A stretch of DNA of 40,760 nt. Source: Halocafeteria seosinensis. Taxonomy: Eukaryota. Position 1 is the first letter of the stretch. Each line of letters starts with the position of its first letter. The notes under the pieces are model-generated. The model did not search any database and was not told the DNA's origin. It saw only the letters and a program-made list of their open reading frames with translations. The translations under genes and the position numbers were made by a program. The stretch spans positions 1 through 40,760 of the forward strand of contig LVLI01000124.1 of assembly GCA_001687465.1 (NCBI GenBank), in the 5' to 3' direction. Of this stretch, positions 22,074-33,999 are shown piece after piece.

Positions 22074-24128
22074 ATGGATCCTCTCCGACAAACTTTCACC
22101 AGGTTTCCTATTGCCGCCGAATCTAATTTGGCCGAGCACTTGTTACTGCTCGGATCTCACGGCTCGGTTTCCCCAATGGAGAAACCGTTTCTTGGCTCGT
22201 GTAGTTTGCTTGTTGGATCATTGCATGTTCTATCATGGATTTGGCAGTCTCTCCATGAGAGAGGCTTGGCAATTCTTGGAAAAGATTCCTCGCCATTTCC
22301 TAGCAACTTTTTCGAAAAGATTTTTTGTTCTTCGCTGTTGTTTCTATATCAAGCCCGTTTCCAGACGGTCTTTCGGCGGATACCTAAAAGGAACGTGAAG
22401 TACTCGGGGAGTCTAACGGACTTGAAAAAGTCTCTACCTTACGCTCCGCGAGCAGCGATTACTACCTCAGTAACGGTGGTTATATTATCCTCACTGTTTT
22501 GCGGTTGGAGTCTCTCGAACGAGGTAACGGCCAGAGACTTACGATCCGCCATTCTGAATGGAGCCGAAGTCTGCTTTCATTATAATGCGGCTCAGCACCA
22601 GATTGAAATGAATTGTAGCGTGTTGGCATGGGATGATCATGGCTATACGAATCAAGATTACATCTCGTTGGATGCGAACGAGGTATTTGATGGTGGTCGG
22701 CAGAATGGTCATAGCATGGATCTGGACGGAATAACAGATTTCGAAGGATTATTTGCAATACTGAGTAGTGCTGCGTCGTTTGATCAAGCTCCTTTGATTC
22801 GGAATCTTGATGTTAGGAATGGAGAAACTGCTTCTGATGGTGGATTCATTGTCCGACCACAGCAGAAAATCTTTATCATAGATTCCTGCAGTTCATCAGG
22901 AGAAATTGCGGGTGTCCGGAGTGGTGGTATATGTGGTTGGCAAAGCGGCAATGATTATGGTCAAATCAAGATATCGAATTCGTATTCGACAGGAAAGATA
23001 ACCAGGTCATGGGCAGGTGGTATTGCAGGAGACAGTGTAGGATTCGAATATGGGATTGTCAATATCACCGATTGTTATTCCACTGGGGATATTGGAGGAC
23101 AACAGGCAGGTGGTCTATGTGGAAATGCTGCTGGTCGTCGGAATGGTCAAATATATATACGTCGTTCCTATTCCAAAGGAAATATTATTGTTGGTGCTGA
23201 TCGTAGCGGTGGTATTGTAGGGCGAAATGCTGGTCTTAACAATGGATTCATTTATATCAAGGAATGTTCTAGTACGGGACAAATATCTGCAGATCGGAGT
23301 GGGGGCATTATTGGAGAAGATACAGCGGAAAGGGAAGGCGAAGTACATATTATAGATTGTTATACACGAGGGAATATTAGTGGCCAATACGCAGGAGGTA
23401 TTACAGGATACAGGACAGGAGGTGAATCAGGCTGGGCTACAGGTGATGTATACGTCACAAACACATATGCATCAGGTGTAGTGACTGGTATGGATGCTGG
23501 GGGAATCATAGGAACTGTACTTAGAGAAGCAAGTGGTACTGTTGAACTGAAATACTCGGTATACAATGGCAATGGAGGGACATCTTCAATCGTTGGAGCA
23601 GACCCGGGCAGCAAGCTTTCAGGGGCTGGAAATTCAGATGACTTGACAGATATACGTGGAAAACTATATCGACTGGGAGGATGGTCTGATGACGTATGGA
23701 CTCTAGATGCAGGCAGAGATATCGTCAATGATGACGGCGAAGAGGAGAATCTGCCGATTCTACGCTTTCAATTACTACCATCTCCTACATCTCCACCAAC
23801 GCCATCAACTACATCTACGAGTTCGAGAACTCCTTCAACCAGTTCCACCCTCTCTGCAAGTGCTACTCCATCGCGGAGCCCAACAACGACTCCAACAGCA
23901 ACTGCGAGTGTTACACCCACTCCGACGTCTACAGAAACACCTACACAAAGTGCCACGGTCACCTCGACGTTGACTACCTCCGGTAGTCCCACCTTGTCAG
24001 GAACATCATCTTCGAGCTTGACTCCAACACCAAGCAATAGCGCTTCAGCCACGGGGAAGCCATCTGATCGGAATCTTAAGATCATTGCACTACCACCTCA
24101 AAGACCCAAAGGCAGGGCAAAAGGTTAG
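22074..24128 (+). CDS. GLUG-motif beta-helix surface/secreted protein with Ser/Thr-rich stalk (paralog 2)
   Basis: ORF 22041-24128 (first ATG 22074). N-terminal domain nearly identical to paralog 1, same coil repeats, S/T/P tail and terminal 'LP.QRPK' motif. Confidence 0.88.
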   Translation: MDPLRQTFTRFPIAAESNLAEHLLLLGSHGSVSPMEKPFLGSCSLLVGSLHVLSWIWQSLHERGLAILGKDSSPFPSNFFEKIFCSSLLFLYQARFQTVFRRIPKRNVKYSGSLTDLKKSLPYAPRAAITTSVTVVILSSLFCGWSLSNEVTARDLRSAILNGAEVCFHYNAAQHQIEMNCSVLAWDDHGYTNQDYISLDANEVFDGGRQNGHSMDLDGITDFEGLFAILSSAASFDQAPLIRNLDVRNGETASDGGFIVRPQQKIFIIDSCSSSGEIAGVRSGGICGWQSGNDYGQIKISNSYSTGKITRSWAGGIAGDSVGFEYGIVNITDCYSTGDIGGQQAGGLCGNAAGRRNGQIYIRRSYSKGNIIVGADRSGGIVGRNAGLNNGFIYIKECSSTGQISADRSGGIIGEDTAEREGEVHIIDCYTRGNISGQYAGGITGYRTGGESGWATGDVYVTNTYASGVVTGMDAGGIIGTVLREASGTVELKYSVYNGNGGTSSIVGADPGSKLSGAGNSDDLTDIRGKLYRLGGWSDDVWTLDAGRDIVNDDGEEENLPILRFQLLPSPTSPPTPSTTSTSSRTPSTSSTLSASATPSRSPTTTPTATASVTPTPTSTETPTQSATVTSTLTTSGSPTLSGTSSSSLTPTPSNSASATGKPSDRNLKIIALPPQRPKGRAKG

Positions 24129-24739
24129 GTTGAGAGACTATTCCAGACAATTATTGAAATGATCATGATTGGTGCTGGTCCTGGTCAACAGCAAAGCTGA
24201 CTATATCAATAGCAGCATGATGTGCTTTTCTAAATATTCCCTCGGATGAAGAGAAGCAAGGAATCGAAAAGAAAAGAATTCCAAATTGTGCCGTAGTGTT
24301 CAAAAGCGAAGAATTTTCTCATGGAGCAAGATGGCAAGCGATAAAACGAGCAGTTCTTCGTATCATTTGCCGCCGCCGCGGCAAAAATTGCATGGATTAC
24401 TACCAGTGGTACTGTACATACAATATTCAGTGGTGAGGTCTTTCGTAAACCTATAAGATCCGACAGAATACTCGTTCCCTGCCACTCCACTCGTAGAGAA
24501 TCCCTTAACATGAGGAAGCTCCGAGACGATGATATGATACTTCCCAACTCTGCCGGGGACCAAGCTAAGCAATCTTAGGATTCGCACGTGAGATTTCGTG
24601 CTTGCTGTTTTCGAAGGTGTCAATGAGCTAGTGTTTACTGTGTTTAGGAATCGGAGTTCACTGCAATAGCGATTTGACATGGACGGTGTTGCCGTACCAT
24701 CTCTCACCATCCGTGATACACTCTATATTATACTAACAT

Positions 24740-24772
24740 ACGTCTTCCGGTAGGAGCAATACCAATACACAC
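24740..24772 (+). mobile_element. 33-bp extreme 3' tip of the CRE-like retrotransposon
   Basis: ACGTCTTCCGGTAGGAGCAATACCAATACACAC is identical to 14141-14173 and 31/33 identical to the reverse complement of 19016-19048. Confidence 0.8.
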
Positions 24773-25112
24773 GCTGGACAATACAATACCTCGTACCGGT
24801 ACTAGTATGTAGCTCCTGTCAAACAACTCACAAACGATATGCACTAATCTACCTGCGAACCAGTCAGTTTGTGCTGCCCGAAGGCCTCAGTTTGGCCCAT
24901 ACAACAATTTTTTATCCATCTATTTACTTCTCTGCGCCCGGATTTCTGGTGTCTCCCGGTCACTGGACCATGTAACGCTGTGAAGGCGGCTGCGACCGCT
25001 GCTCAGGCCGTCCCCCAGCGGACACTTGTGTACCGTAGTCTACGGTCCGAAGGTGTCCACCGCTATTGATAGTTCGCCGTGGTGCCGTTCAAATTTCACA
25101 GTGTTAACTGTA

Positions 25113-26678
25113 ATGCGTAGGACACTTCGATCAGGCCAGCCACCCACCAAACGGCAGAAGAGCCTCATGGAAAAGGAAAACGCGAGCTCCATCAGTATCA
25201 GCGCTCCGCCCATTGGCTATCAAGGTGATGACGCCTCCTCAAGAGTGCTTCACACGTATTTGAATACGTGGTTCCAGCACCACTCCCACCCGCCAGGCAT
25301 ACCTCGCTTCCCAGTCAGCACTTTGGAATCTACACTGGGATATTGGAGTGCTGTGGCGGGCATGAAAGCAGCAGCAGTGGTGGAAGACGTCGATCCACAT
25401 GCGAACTGGATCCATACTCTTCCGTGGCCGCGGTGCCACCTTTGCTTTTGGGGTACTACCACGGAATTCATGCGACGGACTGCAAGGGCCGTGCCGAACT
25501 TTGGGGGCCACGTGTTTTGCAAAGGAGGCCCGCCCGACCCAGAGTACAGCACACCCAAAGACGAAGCGTTCGAGGGTATTTTCCCTTGTGTGGAATCTCT
25601 CACACTTGACGAATGTATCGGTCTCACCAGCAATGGGTTTCGACATTTTACCCAACTAACGTGGCTGAGTATCAACCGATGCTCCAACAAAACGATTACT
25701 GATACGGCATTTGAGCACTTGGCCAACTTGAAATTCTTGGATATGTCTGATTGTCGGCAAACACAGCTTTCCGATTCCGGTTTTCGCCATTTGTCGTTCC
25801 TTTCGTCTTTATGTATGAGGAATTGCAACCAAAAAACAATCGCTCAGTCTGCGTTCCAATATTTGTCGAATTTGTCGTGTTTGGATATCGGGAATTGCAA
25901 GACATCGACTATCAACGACGCGGCTTTTCGACATCTTTCCAATTTAACGTCATTGAAGATGGATGGGTGCAAGCAGTCGACCATTACGAATGGTGCCTTC
26001 CAGCACCTCTGCAAACTTTCATTGTTGAACATGAACCATTGTGTGCAATCGACTATCACGGACTCGGCTTTCTGTTCCCTGACGAGATTAACATCGTTAA
26101 GTATGGTGGGGTGCAAGCAAGCAACCATTACAGACGCTTCGTTTGAGCATCTTTCCAATTTGGTATCTTTGAACATTGGTCTCTGTAAACAGAGGAACCT
26201 TACCGATTCTGCTTTTCGGCATTTGTCCAATCTGACGTCGTTGGATTTGAGCGGGTGTACACAGAGGACTATCACGAACTCTGCCTTCCAGCATTTGGAG
26301 CATTTGAGCTCCCTTTCGATGCATGGCTGCAAGCAGACGACCATCACAGATACTGCATTCGAGCATTTGTCAAACCTGACATATCTGGGTATAGGGGAGT
26401 GTACCCAATCAACCATCGGAGACCTCGCTTTTCAACATTTGCCGCGACTGACTGCGCTAAATATGTTTGGTTGCGCTCAAACTTCCTTTACGGACGCTTG
26501 TTTTCAATATCTGTCAAATTTAACCTATTTGGATATGGGAAACTGTACACAAGCTACAATCACTGCTTCTGCGTTCCTGCACCTCCCTAATCTGAGGGCA
26601 CTTGGCAAGAGTGGACTAAATCAGACGACGGTTGATTCTGCTCGGAAGCACCTGCCGAGTGTATGTTTATTGGACTAG
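25113..26678 (+). CDS. Intronless leucine-rich-repeat protein with about 14 cysteine-containing 24-aa LRRs
   Basis: ORF 25026-26678 (first ATG 25113). Repeat consensus ITD.AF.HL.NL..L.M..C.Q.T; basic N-terminal 'PPTKRQK'. Confidence 0.9.
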   Translation: MRRTLRSGQPPTKRQKSLMEKENASSISISAPPIGYQGDDASSRVLHTYLNTWFQHHSHPPGIPRFPVSTLESTLGYWSAVAGMKAAAVVEDVDPHANWIHTLPWPRCHLCFWGTTTEFMRRTARAVPNFGGHVFCKGGPPDPEYSTPKDEAFEGIFPCVESLTLDECIGLTSNGFRHFTQLTWLSINRCSNKTITDTAFEHLANLKFLDMSDCRQTQLSDSGFRHLSFLSSLCMRNCNQKTIAQSAFQYLSNLSCLDIGNCKTSTINDAAFRHLSNLTSLKMDGCKQSTITNGAFQHLCKLSLLNMNHCVQSTITDSAFCSLTRLTSLSMVGCKQATITDASFEHLSNLVSLNIGLCKQRNLTDSAFRHLSNLTSLDLSGCTQRTITNSAFQHLEHLSSLSMHGCKQTTITDTAFEHLSNLTYLGIGECTQSTIGDLAFQHLPRLTALNMFGCAQTSFTDACFQYLSNLTYLDMGNCTQATITASAFLHLPNLRALGKSGLNQTTVDSARKHLPSVCLLD

Positions 26679-27091
26679 TTCTTTCAGCAAGCGGTGCCGA
26701 GCGGTATAACCCATTTCTAGGGTCACCGTGCATTGGTCAACCCATTTTGCTTAGTAAAGCCTGTAACCGGATCCCCCGGCTTTGAATACTCGACTCCAGA
26801 TTTCAGATTTGTCGGTGTTCTAAGCTCCCGCACAAAATGTCACCGAAGAAACTTTTGTCATTGCGCGGTAAGCAAAGTATGGGACATGCTGCAGGTTAAC
26901 CAAAACGATAGTATTGAACAGTGCTGATAAGTTGCATATTTGTTCCATCTGCCATCAAGGGAGAGCAGAAAAGATAAATATGCTATTCGGTGTTTCTGCG
27001 TTTCCGAGATGATGCCCTCCCTTGGACAACTCCCTAACAGCCGTACGCTGATAATAGAAGTACGAGTCATAGCGACATGCGAAGTTGGATC

Positions 27092-27116
27092 TCTCTCTCT
27101 CTCTCTCTCTTTCTCT
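27092..27116. repeat. (CT)n microsatellite
   Basis: Run of CT dinucleotides; a similar run lies at 29822-29839 within an RCE1 intron. Confidence 0.9.
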
Positions 27117-28792
27117 GTGTATCATTGTGCCCCCACCAGATTCCTGTTTAGTTGTTGCGCTCGATTGCTCTGGTCTCATTTCTATCTGCTTGTGTTCAAC
27201 TCGGCTCTATGGATATTCTACTTTTTGCATTCGAAGGAATCCACATTTTGGACAGCTATATGTTGCACTGGCAGCTCCACTTTACAAGCATCCCGATACC
27301 GGAACCAGACCGATACTTCATTGTACGTGTCACAAAGAGGCATTTCGGCTTGTCGAAATTCACTTTGCTACCTCAGTCCAGCCGCGAAACTGCTGACAGA
27401 GACAATCCGCCGCGGCTGAAGTGTTGGGCGGTGTAGAGTATATGAAACACTACGGAATGCTGTACACGTAGAGGCTACCCTTCACGAAGTACTGGTACTG
27501 AATGAACTTGGACCGTAGGATAGATCTCTAGATGTTTGGGGAAGTTTCCGGACCCAAGGCGACGAAGTGAAAGTTGTGGATGGGGTGCATATATGGGGTG
27601 CATATAAGTCCAAAGTGGTGTGCAATTAGTCTCGAAGTGGAACCAGACAAGTATGCATTTGCGTGCTATACCGGTCCGTTTGCGTCAACATGATCATGGC
27701 GACAATGGAACTCAGTGTTAGTGCAGTCAGTGGCGACGTTAATCCATGACATGTATGTTTATCATCCTCAAGAAACTCACCATAAGAAGTCCAGTGTATC
27801 GAGTGGAACCAAGAGTACGGAATTTCTATCTTTCACCGTACTTGGGTGGACAAGTTGTCTCTAATGCCCAGCAGGCTGTAAGTCGGAATGTGAAGCTTCC
27901 GTGAGCAACTTGTTAATTCTGGGGAGGATGGTTCTAGGGAGGATGGTCTCTACGTTTAGAACTCGCATATCGAAAAGCATGAGGGGTCTTCGCCAGACAC
28001 AATTCCGGCGTAATCTACTCGCCCATTGTATTCGAGATACAAAACTTAGGAGTTGCCTGCTTCCCCTTGGCCATTGTGACCTTCACCCTTTGTCGTTTGA
28101 TACGCGCCACAGAGAGGTGTTCAACGCATTAGCATATACCGGTAGAAAGGGTGATGGGATTGTGGGCGAATCCTGTGAGCACATCGTAGGGAATTGTACT
28201 GTACCCATGATGACAGCATATGAAGCTACGAGTACAATCGTTTGCATTCCCAAAATTCAGATGAGCGATCGTCCCTTCTAAGATGCTCGCTTTTGCATAG
28301 TACAGGTCAGCATCCCCCTTCTTCCTCTTGTGCGCTTTGCGTAGCTGTGTATCTCATCTTGGAGATCTTCTCTTCCTGTCGGGTTCCCTCTTAAGCTGCT
28401 CTCAATTCCTTTCCTTGCTTTTCTGTCTCTTCTCTTGGGTGTGAGAATAGCTCATCGGTCATTTGCATTTCATTAGGAATACGCTTCCCTTGTCCGAAGT
28501 ATACGTACATATGGGCAATGCATTGGGCATTTCCAAGGCTTCATACATGGCAGCTCTCGATTACACCTAGGCCATTCGCACGAGGCCATTCCCACTCCTC
28601 CAATGCATGATAGAGGTCACATTATAGTGAGGGTGTTTATATCGACGTTTGAGAGGCGCATCAGTACTTGTATGACTTGCTTTGGATCGTCTATCGCCAG
28701 CGATTCGCCACCTGCAGCACCTGGCAAGGAGCTCAGAATTCCTTTCGTGCTCAAGCTCTATTATATCGTCATTGAGATACCCCCAAAACACA

Positions 28793-29933
28793 ATGAATAT
28801 GCAGCTATGGATCAGTATAACAAGCTCATTAACTCTGTCAATGGCATTTGTGGGCTCCTTGTACCTTTTCGTGCCTGCAAGAATTCAAAGGCTCCCACGC
28901 GATGATTCCCTACATGTACGTTCATTATACGCTCTGTATGAGCCATATGTGTGTATATTATGAAATCAAACCTGTGCCTGTACAGATATGGGCGCGTATA
29001 CGCGTGGTGGTGCTGTACGCCATCATGGCCACCATAGCAGTGGCAGCCGCCAGCAGCGCATCAGTGGATTCTTCAGAGAGGGCTATACATGATGAAATGA
29101 GTTTTTTGGAAGCTTTCACAGCTTCGTTGAAAGAGCTAGCCTTGCCTTCAAACGGCGTCTTTGCGGAATTCAAAGCCGCCTTGTACGGAACTGCAGCCAT
29201 TATGGTTCTGTATTCGGGACATTTTCTCACCATTTACAAGATGAAAGCTTACCATGCGCTTGTCCAATTCTACTGGGACGATATACGAGCTTTCGAACCA
29301 GATGTCGTCCGAGATCTCTTTGTGGTGAGTTTCTTCCTAGTTGTTCAACACTGAAAACGAAGTTTTGAAGACTCTGGAATTCCTGCAGGGACCATTTATG
29401 GAAGAATGGGTTTTCAGATACCTCATGGACCATATCCTCAAGCTTGGAGGAATGCAGATGACATGGCGCGTTATTATAGGACCGTGGCTGTTTTCAATAG
29501 GTGAGACTTCGTTGGTTACGCGGACCAAGAATCCTTCAGTTGATCATACCTACGGTGCAATCCTCGCAGCCCATATTCATCACTACTTTAGGCTGAGAAA
29601 AACAGATCCCCAAGCACTCGCCAAAGTCGCATTACAATGCGCGTATACAGGGCTCTTTGGAATCATAGCCTGGGCCTTGATGAACAAGGCAAATTCCATA
29701 TGTGCTAACATAGCGGCACACATGTGTTGCAATCTCTTGGGGCTGCCCAAGATACCATGTGATTCTTCGGGGAAACTAGGTAAGCCTTTCCATAAACATT
29801 TTGACGACACTCTTTGGCACGCTCTCTCTCTCTCTCTCTTTCTCGCACGCGCGCTGCAGATTATGCTCTTCTAGTTGCATATATCGTGGGGATCGGAAGC
29901 TTCATTTCCTTCCTCGTCTTCGTTGTCCCTTAA
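28793..29933 (+). CDS. RCE1: CAAX prenyl protease 2 (Rce1, CPBP/Abi family), multi-exon
   Basis: Spliced pieces give 'FVGSLYLF...LPRDD', 'VRDLFV|GPFMEEWVFR', 'LFSI|AHIHH', 'QCAYTGLFG' and 'AHMCCNLLGLP', then a final TM exon ending TAA at 29931-29933. Confidence 0.92.
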
Positions 29934-29952
29934 GGCAACTTGACCTATTCGT

Positions 29953-31327
29953 TTAGAAAACAGGCAGTCCCACGAGCTTTGGATCAACGGTACGCTTTAC
30001 AAAGATATAATTGTTCACGTACAGCTCCCCAGATGGGCGGCGCATCAAGTGCATACCCTCATGTTTGATCCAAGCGTTGAAGAGAAGGACAGCACAAATT
30101 ACCCCAATCATAGCACCTCCCAAGACGTCAACTTCACTGTGCACACCATCATGAACTCGGCTGACTGCAATGAAGCCAGCAAGAGCTAAACTCGCCGCGG
30201 AGGCAAGAAACCGTATCATATATTTGGCAACCCACTTGCACAAGTCGCAAGATAAATAGCAGCGCATTGCAGGTTCCTCCACTCGACCTCCTTGAACTGG
30301 CATCACTGTGTAGTTAATCCTTTTCAACGGGGTCCCTAGGCTCTTTGTAGAAACCATCTCCTCCATTGCAGGGGTGTAATGAAGACCAAACAGAAGCGAC
30401 AGGAAGTGATACGCCCACCAAGCCAAGACAGTAAGGAGAGCAAAGCTGGTAGATGCATGCCCAGAAACGAACGACAGTTTCGAATTCTGTTTGTCTCTCC
30501 CCGTTGCCAAACAGTAGCTGAAATCACCGAACGCAGTTGGATCAGTGCTCGCTAGATATTCAGTGAAGTTTCCAGACTGCACAATCGTTCATCATACCAA
30601 GTTTTAATTGCTTGAGAAACGACGAAGAAATCATGGACAACCCTACCTCGATGGCGTCCAAGTACCCCTTATAATTGCAGAGGGCGAAGAAGTTTGGCCG
30701 CTTCGCGCCAACTGAGAATTTCAATACATTGGTAATGGCCAATGCCAGAGCTCCTGTAAGCGTGCAAGTGAACTAATAACACGAACCTCTTCTTCGCCAT
30801 TACGAAGGCGCGTACTTACCTGAGGAAACCAAAACACAGGTAATAGGCAGTAGACTTCTCAGGTACTCCTTCCACGGCACTTGACGTATTCCATACCGCC
30901 AGCAGTAGACTGCGAGAATCGACGCCACGATTATACCCAAAGGCAGAACTAGCACCAGCGCCACGAGTTCCCCAGCCGACACCGTTTCGGAGACGCTGGG
31001 AACGCTCAAAGCCGGATCTCGCTCCATGAAGCTCCTATCGATGGCTTGGAGATCGAATACTTGTGGAATGTATTCCGCAAGCAAAGCCAGTAAAATTAGC
31101 CCGCCCATCGTGATTAAATAGCCTCGGGGAGAGAACCAACCTTTCTGGAGAGTTCCAGGTAACGCCATTGACGAACCATGTTCTCCCGAGGGGTTCAGAT
31201 TCTCCACGTCAGCGTTCGATGATGTCTCGATGGTGCCCTCATCCGAAGGGGCATGCGTCCTTCCGTCCGACATGGGAGTCGGACTGGTCCTGGAAGGACT
31301 CACGGGGACAGTGGAAGCGGCAGACAT
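29953..31327 (-). CDS. PAP2-family lipid phosphate phosphatase (LPP/DPP1-like), multi-exon
   Basis: C1 'KFSVGAKRPNF', C2 'SFVSGHAS' and C3 'SRVHDGVHSEVDVLGG', several TM segments, and GTAAG/GTAGG donors between the ORF pieces. Confidence 0.92.
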
Positions 31328-31669
31328 CTTGCCGAGGTTGCGAACACCAGTGCACGAATGGACGAATACTCACCTTTTTTGCCGGGAGACACCGCGCGCA
31401 CGGTGGTATGCTCTATTTCAAGGACGAGGAGAACGGGGGATTGTTCGCTCGTACTCAGAAATCGTACCAAATCACTACCATTGAATACCCACACAGTGTT
31501 TTGACGACTCCGGCCTGCCGGAGTTACCAGGCTTCAAGTGACCACGGTTACAATCCAACTGATGGTTGGCATTGCGCAAGCAAAGACAATGTTACGTTCA
31601 CATCCCGTAAGAATACCATAGCTTGACGTGAGAGTGAGTTAGGAATTGCTCATGTGGATAATTGTGTTT

Positions 31670-33999
31670 CTACTGTGAGTATTTTCGGTGAGCTGCATCA
31701 GCTACTTCTCGTCGCCGAAGACATAATAGCAGTAATTCTACGTCGATCACAACTACTCCGATGGCGCAATAGAAAGACATCAGCATTAAAGGCAAGAATT
31801 CCAAACGGGAGTCATTGCCTACAATAAATGGATGAAATAAGTGAAACGCGACAACGCCCACCAACCCTATCGTATATATCGCCGAATCAAATATCGAACT
31901 CAGACAACGGAACCAGTAGATTGAAAAGGAAGTAACGTTGTCGGCCGGCAATCCTCCTTTCCTGTAAAATGAAACATGTCCATACAGTTCGAAGATGGAC
32001 ATAGTTCCTCCTGCTGTTATTCTACGTTGATGCTGTGCTCCCGAGTGGTACGTGTTCAAAGCAACGTAGGCCAGATAGTGATACGCGCAGGACAAAACAA
32101 CGGCTGCAAGTCGATCTGCGAGCGACGAGGCCATTCAAGGGCTATTCTCATGCATAACGTATATATCAAATGGCTCAAAAACTTACCCATCGGGTTTTGG
32201 ATTAACGGAAGAACTGTGGCATTGAAAACGCTCGAGGCGCGTAGAAAGTGTCTAGCCTCGAAACCAGTATCCGCAGCACATATCCTGCATACAGGTACAG
32301 TAAAACGAGCAAAGCCCTTGAAAAAGAAGCACCTCATATCTACCTACGTTGCAGGTATTAGAATATAAACAACTGCTTTCTCATGGACGTGCCATTCGAC
32401 GAAGAAATAACACCATGCGGCAGCAGCAATATACAGCGGCAAAATATATGACCTTCGGTGTCTCCAGACGAGGTAGACTAGCAACTGCAACAGATCCAAC
32501 AAAGACATAATTATATCAAATATATTTCATGCCTCCGATATCAGTAACTCACCAGGAGTCCAAGTCCGAACAGAGTATGGCAGCAGATCGGACGCACCGA
32601 CGGCAATACGGCGTGAGAATGATGGCCTAAGTCCCGAACCACTCCAGCCGTAGAACTCTCATAAAGAGCTTTCTCATCTACCATCCATGAAAACTGCAAG
32701 GGAGAATGACAGCGAGTTCGTTATGCGGGACAACTGGAAACCTACGTACATCGTATCGCTTGCTCTGCTTGGCCATATACATTATTAACTTCACCAATCC
32801 TCGGTCCACTGTGTTATAAATGGCCCATAAATTAGGGGCCCAATACGCGTGAGTTAACCCTCGATCCCATGGCATCAGTCGTTGCCATATCCTGTACAAT
32901 GTTTTTGCCGGGCTCTTTCTTATAATTGGCCATAGTATCACCACCAACAGGGATAAAGCCGGAGTTAAAAAGTAGCCCAATCTCTGGACAACGAAAACGG
33001 CCCGCCGATGACAGTGCTTGCTGTGCTTTTGAGATTCTTCGATAATCTGTATCACAAGATATATTCCCACAACCGGCGCCGCAAATATATAGATATGCTT
33101 CAAAGATATCAGCACGGTGTAGAGTAGCACAGCCGTTAGATAATATTCCAAACGAAATGCTACAATGCAGAGTAAAAGTATGCCCAGCATACCACCATTA
33201 TACTGAAAGTGCATGTGGTCGATAAGAAGCAAGCACGGGTGAAACAGAACCAATGCCGTAACCAACACCACTTTCAGTCTTCGCCCGTTCCTGCGACAAT
33301 GTGAAGACAACGATAACGATGAGATCCAACTTGAGAAAATACATCCAGCAATTCGTCTCCATGCTTACTCGTTAGCTTGAGAAGGTGCCAAGAAGGATGT
33401 TCCTACGGCTACCAAGCCAGCGTAGAGTAGCAGATCCCAGACGATAACGCTCACTTTCTGAAACACTTTCAGGTTCGGATGCTCTATCGGCGTCGAGGAA
33501 ATCTGCGACAACGCGATATCAGGACGATCGTCAATCAATACACAACCTGACACTTGGCAAACATTCACACCTGCAGAGCTTCAGGAGGGACAATTCCTGA
33601 ATAAATGGCCACGTGGGCCAGGAAGTATTCCCACCACATGAACCCCGGAGGGTAGTCGATGGTCCATTTCGAGGTCTCCTCGAAATACCAGTGGGGGATG
33701 GTTTCGTACGTATTGTAATTCCAGGCCACTGCCATCCAATGTCTATGCACCTCGAAATCTGTACTGTATCGTGTAGGCAATAACAGTATCTTCACGGCGA
33801 TCGAGACCAACAGCACCGGTAAGGTGTCCTTTATGACCTCTTTCACACCGCTCCTTCCCTCCCCTTTCGCAGCACAAGTCTCTGGGACGGAATAGCACGT
33901 GGGGCGAGTGTCGGAAGAGTGACGGGGAGGGTAATGAGCTGGTTTACGTCGAAAAACACCATCATCGCGCCGTTCAGCCAAGTTGAAGTTGGAGCTCAT
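31670..33999 (-). CDS. ALG8: Dol-P-Glc alpha-1,3-glucosyltransferase ALG8, multi-exon
   Basis: 'YSTDFEVHRHWMAV', 'WYFEETSKWTIDYPP', 'IDHMHFQYNG', 'RGLTHAYWAPNLWAIYN' and 'WHVHEKA' (about 32372-32395). Exact 3' exon boundaries are less certain. Confidence 0.92.

Noticed and set aside
26700..28700. Assorted 60-160 aa ORFs between the LRR gene and RCE1
   Set aside because: No recognisable domains, one spans a CT microsatellite, and they are probably spurious or heavily decayed.
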